From Sphaerodactylus townsendi (Eukaryota), in the NCBI RefSeq assembly GCF_021028975.2, contig NC_059426.1:30752001-30816000 (forward strand): a DNA stretch of 64,000 nucleotides, given 5' to 3'. A program made the translations under genes and the position numbers. Position 1 is the stretch's first letter. Each line of letters opens with the position of its first letter. Below the pieces are notes generated by a model, which saw only the letters and a program-made list of their open reading frames with translations, was not told where the DNA came from and did not search any database. Shown piece after piece: positions 12,361 to 22,605 of this stretch.

Positions 12361-13837
12361 GTTGTCAGAATGGATATCTTTGCTCCCGAAGGTATCTTAA
12401 ATCTCTAAAACCAATGCCATTTATGTTTTGGAATAAAATTGCCCAGTGAAGCCAGGCTGAGATTGACTTGTGTCACACAAGGCTCCAAGGGCAGTTGGCA
12501 GCTCTGCCTTTCCCAAGCAGCAGGCAGTGTGGTATGTACTTAGCACCACAACATAAATGATCTTGCCTTGAGGAGAGGAAGAAGGCAGCCTCGCCTGGCG
12601 AAAGCTGCCAATGGAGTCCAGGCTGAGGTGTGGTCCATATCACTAAAACCTATATCCACCTACACTACAGGGCAGTTTAAGAAACTATATTTTGCACTGT
12701 ATGGGGTAGAAAAGACAGAAACACCTTGGTGTGTTACTCACCATCCAGCATTTCCAATCAAGAGCTCTTCTCTGAACAGAGCACAGTGAAGACCCTGCCA
12801 AGCAAACTGAAAAGAACAGGTAAGAGCGTATATTTAGGTAGAGGCTTAGCTTGTGAGGAAGCACCTAGTGTAGCTACTACACACAAATATTTCTGTCAGT
12901 ACGAATTGCATATGAATAGTATGCTAGAGTAGGACAGGATTCAACCCCTCACTCATATATAACAGCTCCATGTAATTATATACAGATAACTAGACATCAT
13001 TTCAGAATTTTTCCAGGGCATAAACTTTTGTTCTAGATCAAATCAAGCCTGAACTGTTCCTAGAAGCTAAAACTACTAAACGGAAGCTAATCACACTTTG
13101 GTCACATTATGAGAAGAAAAGAGTCATTGGAAAAGACAATACTGCTAGGAAAAATTGACAGCAGCAGAAAATGAGGAAGATCCAACATGAGATGAATGAC
13201 TGTATAATGGGAGCCATGGGCCTCAGTTTGCAAGACCTGGGAGAGGCTGTTACCGACAGGCCGTTTTGGAATTCATTAATGAACTGAAGAGAATTAATGA
13301 ACTGGACGGAAGAGACTGGACGGCACTTAGCGCACACGTAAGCTTTCGTCAGTCAAAGATCACTTCTCCAGAGAAGCCATAATAAGGACCAGTGGGCAAG
13401 CCACGGCGGCTCTCTATAGACCAAGGTCGATATCAGGAGCACGCGACCTCACAGGGCAAGGCCCAAACCCCGAGAACCGCGCGCAACTGCACGCCTCGCG
13501 GAAGGAGACCGCTAGGCAGGGCAGGCCAAAGCCCGAGCGCAAGCCGAACAGAGAGGGGAGGGGCTACTTCTCGGCATAGGCCTCGCGCTGAACTCGGCAC
13601 CAGCGCAGGCCGAGAGAGAGGGGAAGAAAGTGGGCGGTGCTTAATATCCCGCGGAGGGGCAAGGAGGGAGAGAGTGGAGTGCCGCGGCCGGCTGCGCTGA
13701 CCTGCTGCAAGGGGCTTCTTTTCCTCCTTCCTCTTCAAGCCGGCTGGTCACGTGGCTAGCTCCCCAAGCCTCTCTCTCGCACCGCCCCGGCCGCAGAGCG
13801 TCGCGCGACTTCCCGTCCCCATCAGCGCTTCCCCGCC

Positions 13838-13850
13838 GTTGCCTGGCAAC
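13838..13850. promoter_or_regulatory. RFX X-box motif GTTGCCTGGCAAC
   Basis: Fits the GTNRCC-N(0-3)-RGYAAC consensus, about 50 bp upstream of the ATG of a ciliary gene. Confidence 0.75.
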
Positions 13851-13902
13851 CTCCGCGGCACTACAAGCGACGCTGAAATAAGGCCTCTGGTCCGCCGGGG
13901 CG

Positions 13903-14026
13903 ATGGCGGAGGCGGCCGGCCCCGTGATACGGTTTGGGAGGCGCCGAGGGCAAAACCGGGCGTCCGCGCCGGAGTGTCTCCCGGGCCGGGGAAGGCGAAG
14001 AGGGGGCGTCGCTGAACGAGGCGAAG
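13903..14026 (+). CDS. CFAP210: CFAP210/CCDC173 exon 1
   Basis: ATG GCG GAG... = MAEAAGPVIRFGRRRG, resembling the human N-terminus (MLVRFGRRCG). Phase-1 donor GAAG|gtagag is compatible with exon 2, but the 3' boundary is less sure. Confidence 0.7.
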
Positions 14027-14514
14027 GTAGAGTTGCCAGATTCCTGGAGTAGGGTTGCCACTCCTCAGGTTGTCACTTTAATTTACTTTAATTCCATCTT
14101 TATCCCACCCTGCCCCAGCCAAAGGCCAGGCTCAGGGTGGTTCACACCACAAATACAATTTTCACAATTCAATAGACAAACACAATATAATATTATAAAA
14201 CGATTTAAAAAAACTCACTCCCCTCAATAGACAAATTAAAAATATTGACGTCTGTGCCATATCATTCCTTATCCTACTTTTCAATGGGGATTTCATAACT
14301 CCAGCTACATTCCTGTAGTAGCTCCTCTACCCATTTTCATTTTACTCAGTAAAATGAGGATGGGGATGGTCGAAGGAGAAAAGAAGAATGATGGGAAGGA
14401 GAAAGGTGGGAAGGAAATAGAATGAGAAAAGTGTGGAAGAAGGGACAAAAGAATGGGGAAAGGGGGAGGCCAGGCAGTTGGTGAGACTGTACTGCCTCAG
14501 CCTTAAGCCTGGTG

Positions 14515-14662
14515 CAGGGGTAGGGAACCTGCGGCTCTCCAGATGTTCAGGAACTACAATTCCCATCAGCCCCTACCAGCATGGCCAATTGGCCGTGCTG
14601 ACAGAGGCTGATGGGAATTGTAGTTCCTGAACATCTGGAGAGCCGCAGGTTCCCTACCCCTG
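14515..14662. mobile_element. Near-perfect palindromic hAT-type MITE
   Basis: caggggtagggaacctgcggctctccagatgttcagg... / ...ctggagagccgcaggttccctacccctg. No clear TSD. Related to 44924-45046. Confidence 0.8.
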
Positions 14663-15047
14663 GTGGAACATCTCTGCCTTGCAGGCCCTGCACAACTGAT
14701 CTCCACACTAACATACATTGGTTTCCCTGGAAAATATGTTAGCTTTGGAGGATGGACTCAGTAGCATCACCTTCCTCCTGAGATCTCTCCCCTCATAATG
14801 TCCCGTGTCCCTTTAATAGAGGCTTGGTAGGGTGTTATTTACAAAACAGTATTGTTGTTGTGTAAACCCCATCAGTACCCATTTCCAAATATAATAATAT
14901 AATGGTGTCCTGTCAAGTTGTAATCTACTCGTGGTGGTCCAAGGACCACAGGGTTTTCAATTCAGGGCATAAGCCGCAGTGGTTTGCCATTCTCCAACGC
15001 TGTGGAGCAACCCCAGACTTCCTCAGTGGTCGGTCATCCATGTAGAA

Positions 15048-15266
15048 AAAAAGTTTGAGTCCAGTGGCACTATTAAGACGTGCAAAGTTGTATTCTTGGT
15101 ATAAGCTTCTGTGTACATTCACACTTCTTCAGGTACCTGAATCTGAAGAAGTGTGCATGCACATCAAAGCTTATACCAAGATTAAGACTTTGTTATTCTT
15201 AATGGTGTCACTAGACTCAAACTTTTTCCTGATGTTTCAGACCAACATGGCTACCCACCTGAATCT
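15048..15266. mobile_element. Second Penelope-like family: palindromic element with two decayed hammerhead-like cores
   Basis: Imperfect inverted repeat about 15048-15227 centred near 15135, with ctgaagaagtgtg...aagcttatacc on both strands and tail cagaccaacatggctacc. Related relics at about 20560-20690 and 28280-28462. Confidence 0.6.
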
Positions 15267-16029
15267 GTCATTCATGTACTAACTGTGGTCAGCCCTGCTT
15301 CACTTCCAAGCTCTTATGGAAGTTAGTTAAGGTAAGCTATGAGGCCACTACTTCCCCACATTCTGTTTCTATTAAAGCAGAGGAGGAGGAGGATTTTTTC
15401 TCTAGGAAAGGTTGCCAAGCTCCACGTAGGGCCTAAAGTTGTCCTGGAGTTACAGAAGATCTACAGACTTCAGTTCCCTGGAAGAAAATTATACAATGAG
15501 AGGGTGTACTGTATGGCATCACCTCTGTACTGGGGTCTCCAAGCTTGACTTGCCCTGGGCCCCCCTCCTAGTTCTCCAAGAATTTCCCAGGACAGAGTTG
15601 GCAACCCTATGTGCATGCCTGTCAACAATCCTAGATGAAAGGGGGCATGGAGGAGTGGGGGAAATTCATCGCTGTCCAAATATGAGCCCCCTTTGGCCAT
15701 GGATGCCAAACGGTGGAGGGGGTAGCCTTAGAGGGCCTTCTTTGTGAAATGGCAAGGCAGGCAAGGACATCTTCAAAACACCTGGTCATGGGCCAGCTGC
15801 AATCGCTCATCTTCTCAGTCTCTTCTACTGATGCAGCAAGTGCATCCACAGGCAACGGCAACCCATCTCTGAACACCATAAGCCATCTTTGACTTGACAA
15901 TACGCACACTGTTGAATGAGAGAAAGCTTTTTTTCTCTTATAGCACCACAGTTCAGGGGTGTTCACTTTTGTATTGGGCTGCTAGTCAATTCACACAATG
16001 GGGAACAAGATCAGGTCAGAAAAAAGGGA

Positions 16030-16330
16030 ACATTCATTTGCTCAATGAGTAATTGAGTTGTGGATTTCACTGACAGGGGATGTAGAGATGGCTGTGTAAG
16101 TCCAGATGGCTTTCAAAGGGGGCTGGACAGTTTGAGGAAGGAGAGGCCCATCAATGGCTACTACCTGTGGTTAGTAAAGCAAACCTCCTTATTCAGAGTC
16201 AGAAATCCTTTGAAACTTTACTGTCAGAAGGCAACATCAGGAGAAGACCTTGACCTTTCTGCCCTGTTGGTTGGCCCTCCAGTGGAACTGGTTAGCTGCT
16301 AAGTGAAACAGTGTGCTAGACAAGATGGCT
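16030..16330 (+). mobile_element. Degraded CR1-like 3' end
   Basis: gatggctttcaaagggggctggacag...gagaggcccatcaatggctac. A related piece lies at about 36630-36790. Confidence 0.55.
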
Positions 16331-16672
16331 GCCCTAAGCCCAGCTGAGGTCGAGAAAGGGCAGGGTAAAACTATAATAAATAACAAGTTAAACCACTGGC
16401 CTGATCCAGCACTCTTAATGCCTAATTATTTTCTCATGCCTACGATGGGCCTAATTCCTTTCTCAAAGTTTGAGCTTCATTTCAGCTCTTATTATCCTTC
16501 AGATGTCAATGAACTTCCAGGAAATATCCTTGACACAATGATTATTGATTTTTGTAGTATAAAACTGAACGCATATACAATTTGCCATCTCAACTGGGTT
16601 TTTTAATTCTGGTTTTGTGGTCCAAAGGAGAGTTACACATAGAGAGAAATAACGTTTTTGTTTGTTACGTAG

Positions 16673-16899
16673 AAAAAAATGACTTCATTGAAGATGAAGT
16701 TATGGAGGGAATATTTCTTCCGGCGGGAGTAGATCTTCACCAGATAACTATACTTCCTAAGGTGGAATGGGAAAGGATTCAAGACAGCCTCAATGCTTCA
16801 GCGAAAGAAGCCGCACGTATTCGTGCAGAAAGGAAAGAACGGAAGGATTTGCACTTAAAATCTCAAGCCCTCATGAAAAATTGGACCAATACTATTGCA
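16673..16899 (+). CDS. CFAP210: CFAP210 exon 2
   Basis: tacgtag|AA AAA AAT...LPAGVDLHQITILPKVEWERIQDSL...WTNTIA|gtaaga. Confidence 0.92.
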
Positions 16900-18536
16900 G
16901 TAAGAGCAATTTGTCAATACCTAAGGGTTATTTCTCTTCCAGTTCAACAGACTGAAAGAGAACTGCAAAGGGAAGAAAGATCTGTCAATCAAAAAGCCGG
17001 TTTCACTGTAGCCAGAATCAGTTGCATCCACACATCCCTGGATGTTACATTCTTATTATGCAGTAGCATAATGTTCTTATTATGCAGTGCATAATGTTTG
17101 CAACTGCACTGCCTTGGATTGCCACAGTTCAACGAGAATGTATTTTCCACTGTATATGTATGTGGATGCCCTCGTTAGCTGATACAGGGTAGCATTGTAG
17201 CTGACAAGTCTAAGGTTAAGATCTCACTTTGTTAACTGACTAGATGACCTTGGGGCTGCCTCTCTACATCAACTTCTGCCCAACCTCCCTTCTGCCCAAC
17301 CTCCCCTTTTGCAGAATAGGAATGATAATACTGCTTGGCCCTTTCCTAACTTCTGTGCAATTGTCATGTATTTCAAAGTCTGCTTTCGTTTGTACTCGGA
17401 TCCTTCAAGTGAGGTCGGAATGTTAATTGCTCCAGAATCCAAACAAAACAATGCAACTGATAGCTGATTTCTAAAAACACTGTAGAAATGAGAAGCTTCC
17501 TTTGCAGAGTTTTTGTCATTACAGTCTTTAACAATACTTGTAGTGCAGTCATAATTTTGTTTTGTACAAGCTGTTCAGCAGTTTTAGCCAATGTAATTCA
17601 AAACAATTCACATTCCCAAACAGGCTGCCGGTTCTATCCTATTTTGGTAGCCTTCATCAGTGTACAGTGTTCACACTGGACTATGTAAACTTCTCAGAGA
17701 TCTTAAGATCTGCTACAAGAGCTCCCAGTCTCTTTTAAACAATCAATATGGCACTGGTTACTCAACCAGTGTTTTAAGCAATATGGTGCTGGTTGCTCAG
17801 CCAAGTTTTGCTTATATTATATTGTGCTCCAGAATCCAAAGCATGCAAAATTTGTAACTTAATGAATGAATGTTTACCACTGTAGACCAAATGTTGTAGT
17901 AGAGTACTACAATGAGTAATGCCAGAAAGTTACTAGAAAAAGTAAGTCACTGAAAAAACCCCTCTGCGGTTTGTTGTCTTCATGTCCACCTGAAAAGCAA
18001 CTATATGAAATGCAGTTGTAGAAATCTGCAGTTGTTGGTAGCATGAAAAATTATTGGAAGAAAAGCAAATGGATTGTTTTGTTATACCTTTAGCAGCTTT
18101 GAACCTGCAAATAATGAATGATTGAAAAATGTTTCCCCAATCCAATTCTTCCCCTGTAGTATACTGTGCTGTTGTGTGTTTGAGCAGGCCATGTCCCCTC
18201 CCTGCCAATTCTTCATGAACAAGACTGAACCATCAAACTTGCTGTTAGCAGTATTAAAACAGTAACTTGTGAGGAACTGCTAAGGGAAGAATAAACAACT
18301 TAGGAATTCCCAATATCCACGACTGAAAGAAAGAAATAGGTTGAGTTTGATTGATCACTGAAATCTATTATAAGACTTCAGTCAATGTATCTGTGTAGTA
18401 TGGAAACACTTCAATGGACTTCAAAGAGAAGTTTATCCTACCTACTTATTGTTGGCATAGGCCTTTTAAAAAACCATTGTAACCATTTCAGTTCCAATAC
18501 TATTCATAATAGGGATGAGGTTTCTTTAAATTGCAG

Positions 18537-18710
18537 GGTTTGGCTCAGGCAAAGCTGAAAGCCAAAAAAGACCACGAGGAGAAGGTGGAGCAAGAAAAAA
18601 GAAATGCTGATCTCGAAGAAGCAAAATACCAGGCAGAGAAGCGAAAAGAAGCCATTGAAAAAGCCAAAATCGATCATTATTACCAAAGTGACAGAGTGAA
18701 AAGATTCCAT
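18537..18710 (+). CDS. CFAP210: CFAP210 exon 3
   Basis: ttgcag|GLAQAKLKAKK...YYQSDRVKRFH|gtaatg. Confidence 0.93.
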
Positions 18711-18807
18711 GTAATGTAGATGATTCTTTTCTTTTTCCCCTTTTTTAGGGGGGGTGGGCTATTAAAGCAAAGAAGGAAAAGTTACATGTTACAACTTTAC
18801 TTTGCAG

Positions 18808-19001
18808 AATGCGCTCTTACTTACTGAAGTCTTGAAAGAAAGGGAAGTTCAGATTGAATTTCAGAAGAAAAAACAAAAGTTGTATCAGAGTAAGGATGAA
18901 GAAATAGAACGTGAACGTCAAAAAGCTATACTGAAAGAGGAGGAAAAAGTGAAAGAAAGCCGGAGGAAGCGAATGCAGATTTGCAAGGATCAACTGGAAC
19001 A
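18808..19001 (+). CDS. CFAP210: CFAP210 exon 4
   Basis: tttgcag|NALLLTEVLKEREVQIEFQ...DQLE CA|gtaatt (phase 2). Confidence 0.93.
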
Positions 19002-19139
19002 GTAATTAATACATCTCTTTTAAAATTACACTTAGAGAGCAATCTTAGGCACATGTACTCAGATCTTTTTAATGGAGCTTACTCACAGAAAAGTGTTCTT
19101 AGAATGGCATTTTTAGACTGCAGTCCTATTGCACACCTA

Positions 19140-19430
19140 GATTTTGGATTTATAGCCCACCTTTCTCTCCTGCAAGGAGATTCAAGGTGGCCTACAAGCA
19201 TTTTTCCCTTCCTCTCCCCACAACAGACACCTTGTGAGGCAGGTGGGGCTGAGAGAGTTCTGAAAAACTGTGACTAGCCCAGGGTCACCCAGCAGGAAGG
19301 TAGGCATGGGGAAACACATCTGGTTCACCAGATAAGCTTCTTCCACTCAGGTGGAGGAGTGAGGAATCAAACCCGGGTTCTCCAGATTAGAATCCACCTG
19401 CTCTTAACCACTACACCATGCTGGCTCTCT
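19140..19430 (-). mobile_element. Squam3-like tRNA SINE copy
   Basis: High similarity to 12068-12360. Confidence 0.85.
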
Positions 19431-19683
19431 TATTTGAGAGAAGGCCTTGCTTCTAAAGGCCAGATGTAACAAGAGATCTATCAGTGGACCTTCTTCTGTT
19501 CTGTATAAGCATTAATTGCAAATGATTGGGCTAATTGATGCAGGGTATTTAGACAGTTTTCTCTTTGCACAATTTTTACAATGTTATTTTCCCTAGAAGG
19601 GGGAAAACGCAGATACTATATTATAGACAGACATCTGCATTTCCAACACTTACGGAAAATAGCAGTCTAAGAGGGATTTGCCC

Positions 19684-19842
19684 TGACCTGCGTAGCCCAT
19701 GTCAGCTCTATCTCATAAGCTAAACAGGGTTGGTCCTGGTAAATATCTGGATGGGAGACCTCCAAGGAATGCCATGGGGGTGATGTGAATGCAGACAATG
19801 GCAAACCACCTCTGCCTTGAAAACCCCGCTAGAGGTTGCCAA
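19684..19842 (+). mobile_element. 5S rRNA-headed SINE copy
   Basis: aagctaaacagggttggtcctggtaaatatctggatgggagacc plus the shared tail. Confidence 0.75.
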
Positions 19843-20896
19843 AATTCATTTCATTTCACATTTAATTTATATCCCGGCCTTCCCTGGAGGGCTCAGGGCA
19901 GCAAACAACAGTAGTGAACAAACAATAAAGCATAGCATAAACAGCAACAACAGTAAATCATAATACAACAATATCTACAGCATAATAATGCATCACAATG
20001 ATATACTACATATTATAATTCCAATGTAATTTGACAGCAAGAAAAAACAGGGCGGGATTCAGATTAGTAAAATTACATGGAAGGGAAAGGTTACGTTCCT
20101 CCTCCATCCTGTATCCCCAAACCAAATGAGGGCTCCAAAGGCTACAATTTTGCTGTTTACTGGGTGTGCATTTCCTCCTGTCTCCTTCCTTTGCCCCTGT
20201 CACACAGATCTGGCTCTAATTCTAGTATAATTGTTTTCCAAAATCTGATACGTTGCAGTTGGGCTGTTGACTTTGTAAAGCTTCTGTTCTGTACCACTGG
20301 CGTCTCCTGGAAACAGGAAGGAGCTGGGTTCAGTGGCTCAACTTCCTTTGGAAATATGCTCATCTCTTCTAAAAGGGGTAATTGTGAATCCACAGTGGGC
20401 CCACTGCTCAGGATATGTTCAGCTACCTCAGCCCAAATTTTGAAGAGGAAAGGTGATTTTTTAAAATTGAGCCACGATCAATTGAGGTGTCACTAACATG
20501 CTGACAAAGATCTGAACCATTCTTGTCCACTTAAGTTCTTATCTGATGATACTTCCAGATAGGGATCTGTGTTAATCTGTAGCAGCAAAATAAAACAGGA
20601 GTCTAGTGACATCCTCAAAATGTGTTCCAATTTAAGCTGAGCTACCTTTTGTTAGTCTTTAAGGTGCTGCTGTATTCCTGTTTTATTTTAGATTCTTTGT
20701 TAGAACATAAGTGCTGGATCACACCAAGGCCTATCCAGCCCAGCAGTCTGTTCACACAGTGGCGAAACCAGGTGTCTCTAGGAAGTCCACAAGAAAGGCA
20801 GTTACTCCTTGTCTTTAATTCAAAACTTTAATTGAAGAGGAGCATTACAACTTGCTAATGTATACTCCCGTCCTCATATTTGTCTTCTTGTTTCAG

Positions 20897-21053
20897 GATA
20901 AAAGAGCATGAGCATTTAGCAGATGTGAGCAGACTAGAAAGCATAAAAGAAGGGGAAGAGATCCAGGCATTGACCAAGTTATATCTCCAGGAAGAGCAGG
21001 AAAAAGAGCAGAAGAAGCTGAAAGAGAAGCTGGAGCGCAAACAGGCTCATCAG
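20897..21053 (+). CDS. CFAP210: CFAP210 exon 5
   Basis: tttcag|G IKEHEHL...KQAHQ|gtatgt. Confidence 0.92.
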
Positions 21054-21156
21054 GTATGTGACAGAAAGCCGCCAGCCCAATTTGGGAGGTACTAAATGAG
21101 ACCGTTCTCATACCAGTTTATGAGAAATTTGTTCATTAGTGGGTGGGGGCAACTCT

Positions 21157-21367
21157 GACCTGGATCACCCAGGCTAACCTGATCTTGTCAGATCTCAGAA
21201 GCGAAGCAGGGTCAGCCCTGGTTAACAGTTGGACAGGAGACGATCAAGGAAGTCCACGCTCACAGTGCAGAGGCAGGCAGTGACAAACCCATCTCTGAAT
21301 TTCTCTTGCCTTGAAAACCCTACAGGGTTGCCATAAGTCAGCTGTGACTCAATGGCACCTTCCACCA
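21157..21367 (+). mobile_element. 5S rRNA-headed SINE
   Basis: gatcttgtcagatctcagaagcgaagcagggtcagccctggttaacagttggacaggagac resembles the 5S internal control region. It has the same 3' tail as the 258-520 family. Confidence 0.8.
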
Positions 21368-22465
21368 GTATAGGAGTTCTCCCAATGTGATTTCTTGTGC
21401 TTATGAAAGAAATAACACAGTATATTCTGTGCCTGAGTAGTGTTCAAGGGGGGCTTGCAGGGGAAGGGAGATCCCATTCCTCTCCCTTCAAATTCCTACT
21501 GTCTCTGTTTGGCCTCCCTCCCATAGCCATTGGCTTCATTTCCCCACTCTCTGATGCCTTGTGTCCTTCCCTTCTCACCGAATCCACCCCACGGCCCCCT
21601 TCCCCATCTCCCATAACTCTGCTTACCCTCACACCCTTCTGCTGGCTTTTGCTCTGCTTCCCTCTTCTTGTTCTTCTTCCAGGCAGAATACTGACTTGCC
21701 ATCCTGTGAATTTGTTATTAGCACTGGACCATTCCTTGGCTGTTAGTTATAAGGATTTGCTAGTGACAAAGAGAGAGAAGGCTGCCTCCAGATATGGCGT
21801 GTGTGTGTGTGTATGGGGAGGGAGCATTACATGTGATGATCCTTACTACTCCAAACATTAGAGTGAGTATTGGAAGAATCAACACATGCAGCACAGTGTC
21901 AAATGGGCCACTGCTGAAGGTGCTGTCTGATCTGAGCAACTCTAAACGTCTGTGCCCCATTTGTGGTTTCTGTAAGATCCTCCCCCACACACATTGATTT
22001 ATACATGTTAGGATTGTGTGTGGACACGAAGGATTGTGTGAGCACTATTTTCTCTTGCTTCCAGGGAAAAACTCTGGCAGCAGGGAACAACACACAACCA
22101 GGTCTGGAAGCTCAACACTTGCTTCCCTTCTCCCCAGCCAAAGCCTCCCTTCAGCACCGAATCCATTCTAGGATCTGGAGATGCTGGGATTAGAGGAATT
22201 AACATTGCTTGCTCCATTCATCCCTGGGGCTCAAAGAAGGCACTTCCCACCCAGGCCCCTCAAGAACTGAGTGAGGATGTTGTCAAATGTGAAGGGAGTT
22301 TCCATCCCCACTTTGTCCCACCACCTTCCTCCTCAGGTTATTCAACAGCTCCCATTTGACTGAGTGTTAGCTCTCACTCCTTTACACTGAGTCAGAATAA
22401 ATGCTCTGAGACTTTATGTGCTCATATGGGTAAGTAAGATACGTTTTCTGTGTGTTTTTTTAAAG

Positions 22466-22605
22466 GCGTATGTTGCTGACGAAGTTATTCTAAAGGCTAT
22501 AGAAAAGCAAAAACAAGAAGAAGATGATGATAAAATTCGAGAACATGTTAACGCAAAGCGAGCTATGGTTAAGCTGAGGAAACAAAAAGAAGAAGAAATG
22601 CTCAG
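22466..22605 (+). CDS. CFAP210: CFAP210 exon 6
   Basis: ttttaaag|AYVADEVILKAIEKQKQEEDD...EML AG|gtaagc. Confidence 0.92.

Larger units (their letters stand above)
13400..14030. promoter_or_regulatory. Bidirectional CpG-island promoter shared by PHOSPHO2 (-) and CFAP210 (+)
   Basis: GC/CpG-rich. Candidate PHOSPHO2 exon-1 donor CAG|gtcagc at 13702 (minus), CFAP210 ATG at 13903, E-box GTCACGTG at 13747-13754. Confidence 0.85.

Noticed and set aside
17042-17098. Short tandem duplications (also about 30057-30120 and 50806-50840)
   Set aside because: Ordinary slippage-type local duplications with no spacer structure.
20077-20496. Unexplained ORFs in CFAP210 intron 4
   Set aside because: No motif I can recognise and no convincing splice sites. 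Possibly old LINE debris, which a BLASTX/Dfam search would settle.
21157-21260. Possible 5S rRNA gene
   Set aside because: Too diverged, fused to a retroposon tail and dispersed in both orientations, so it is a SINE head.
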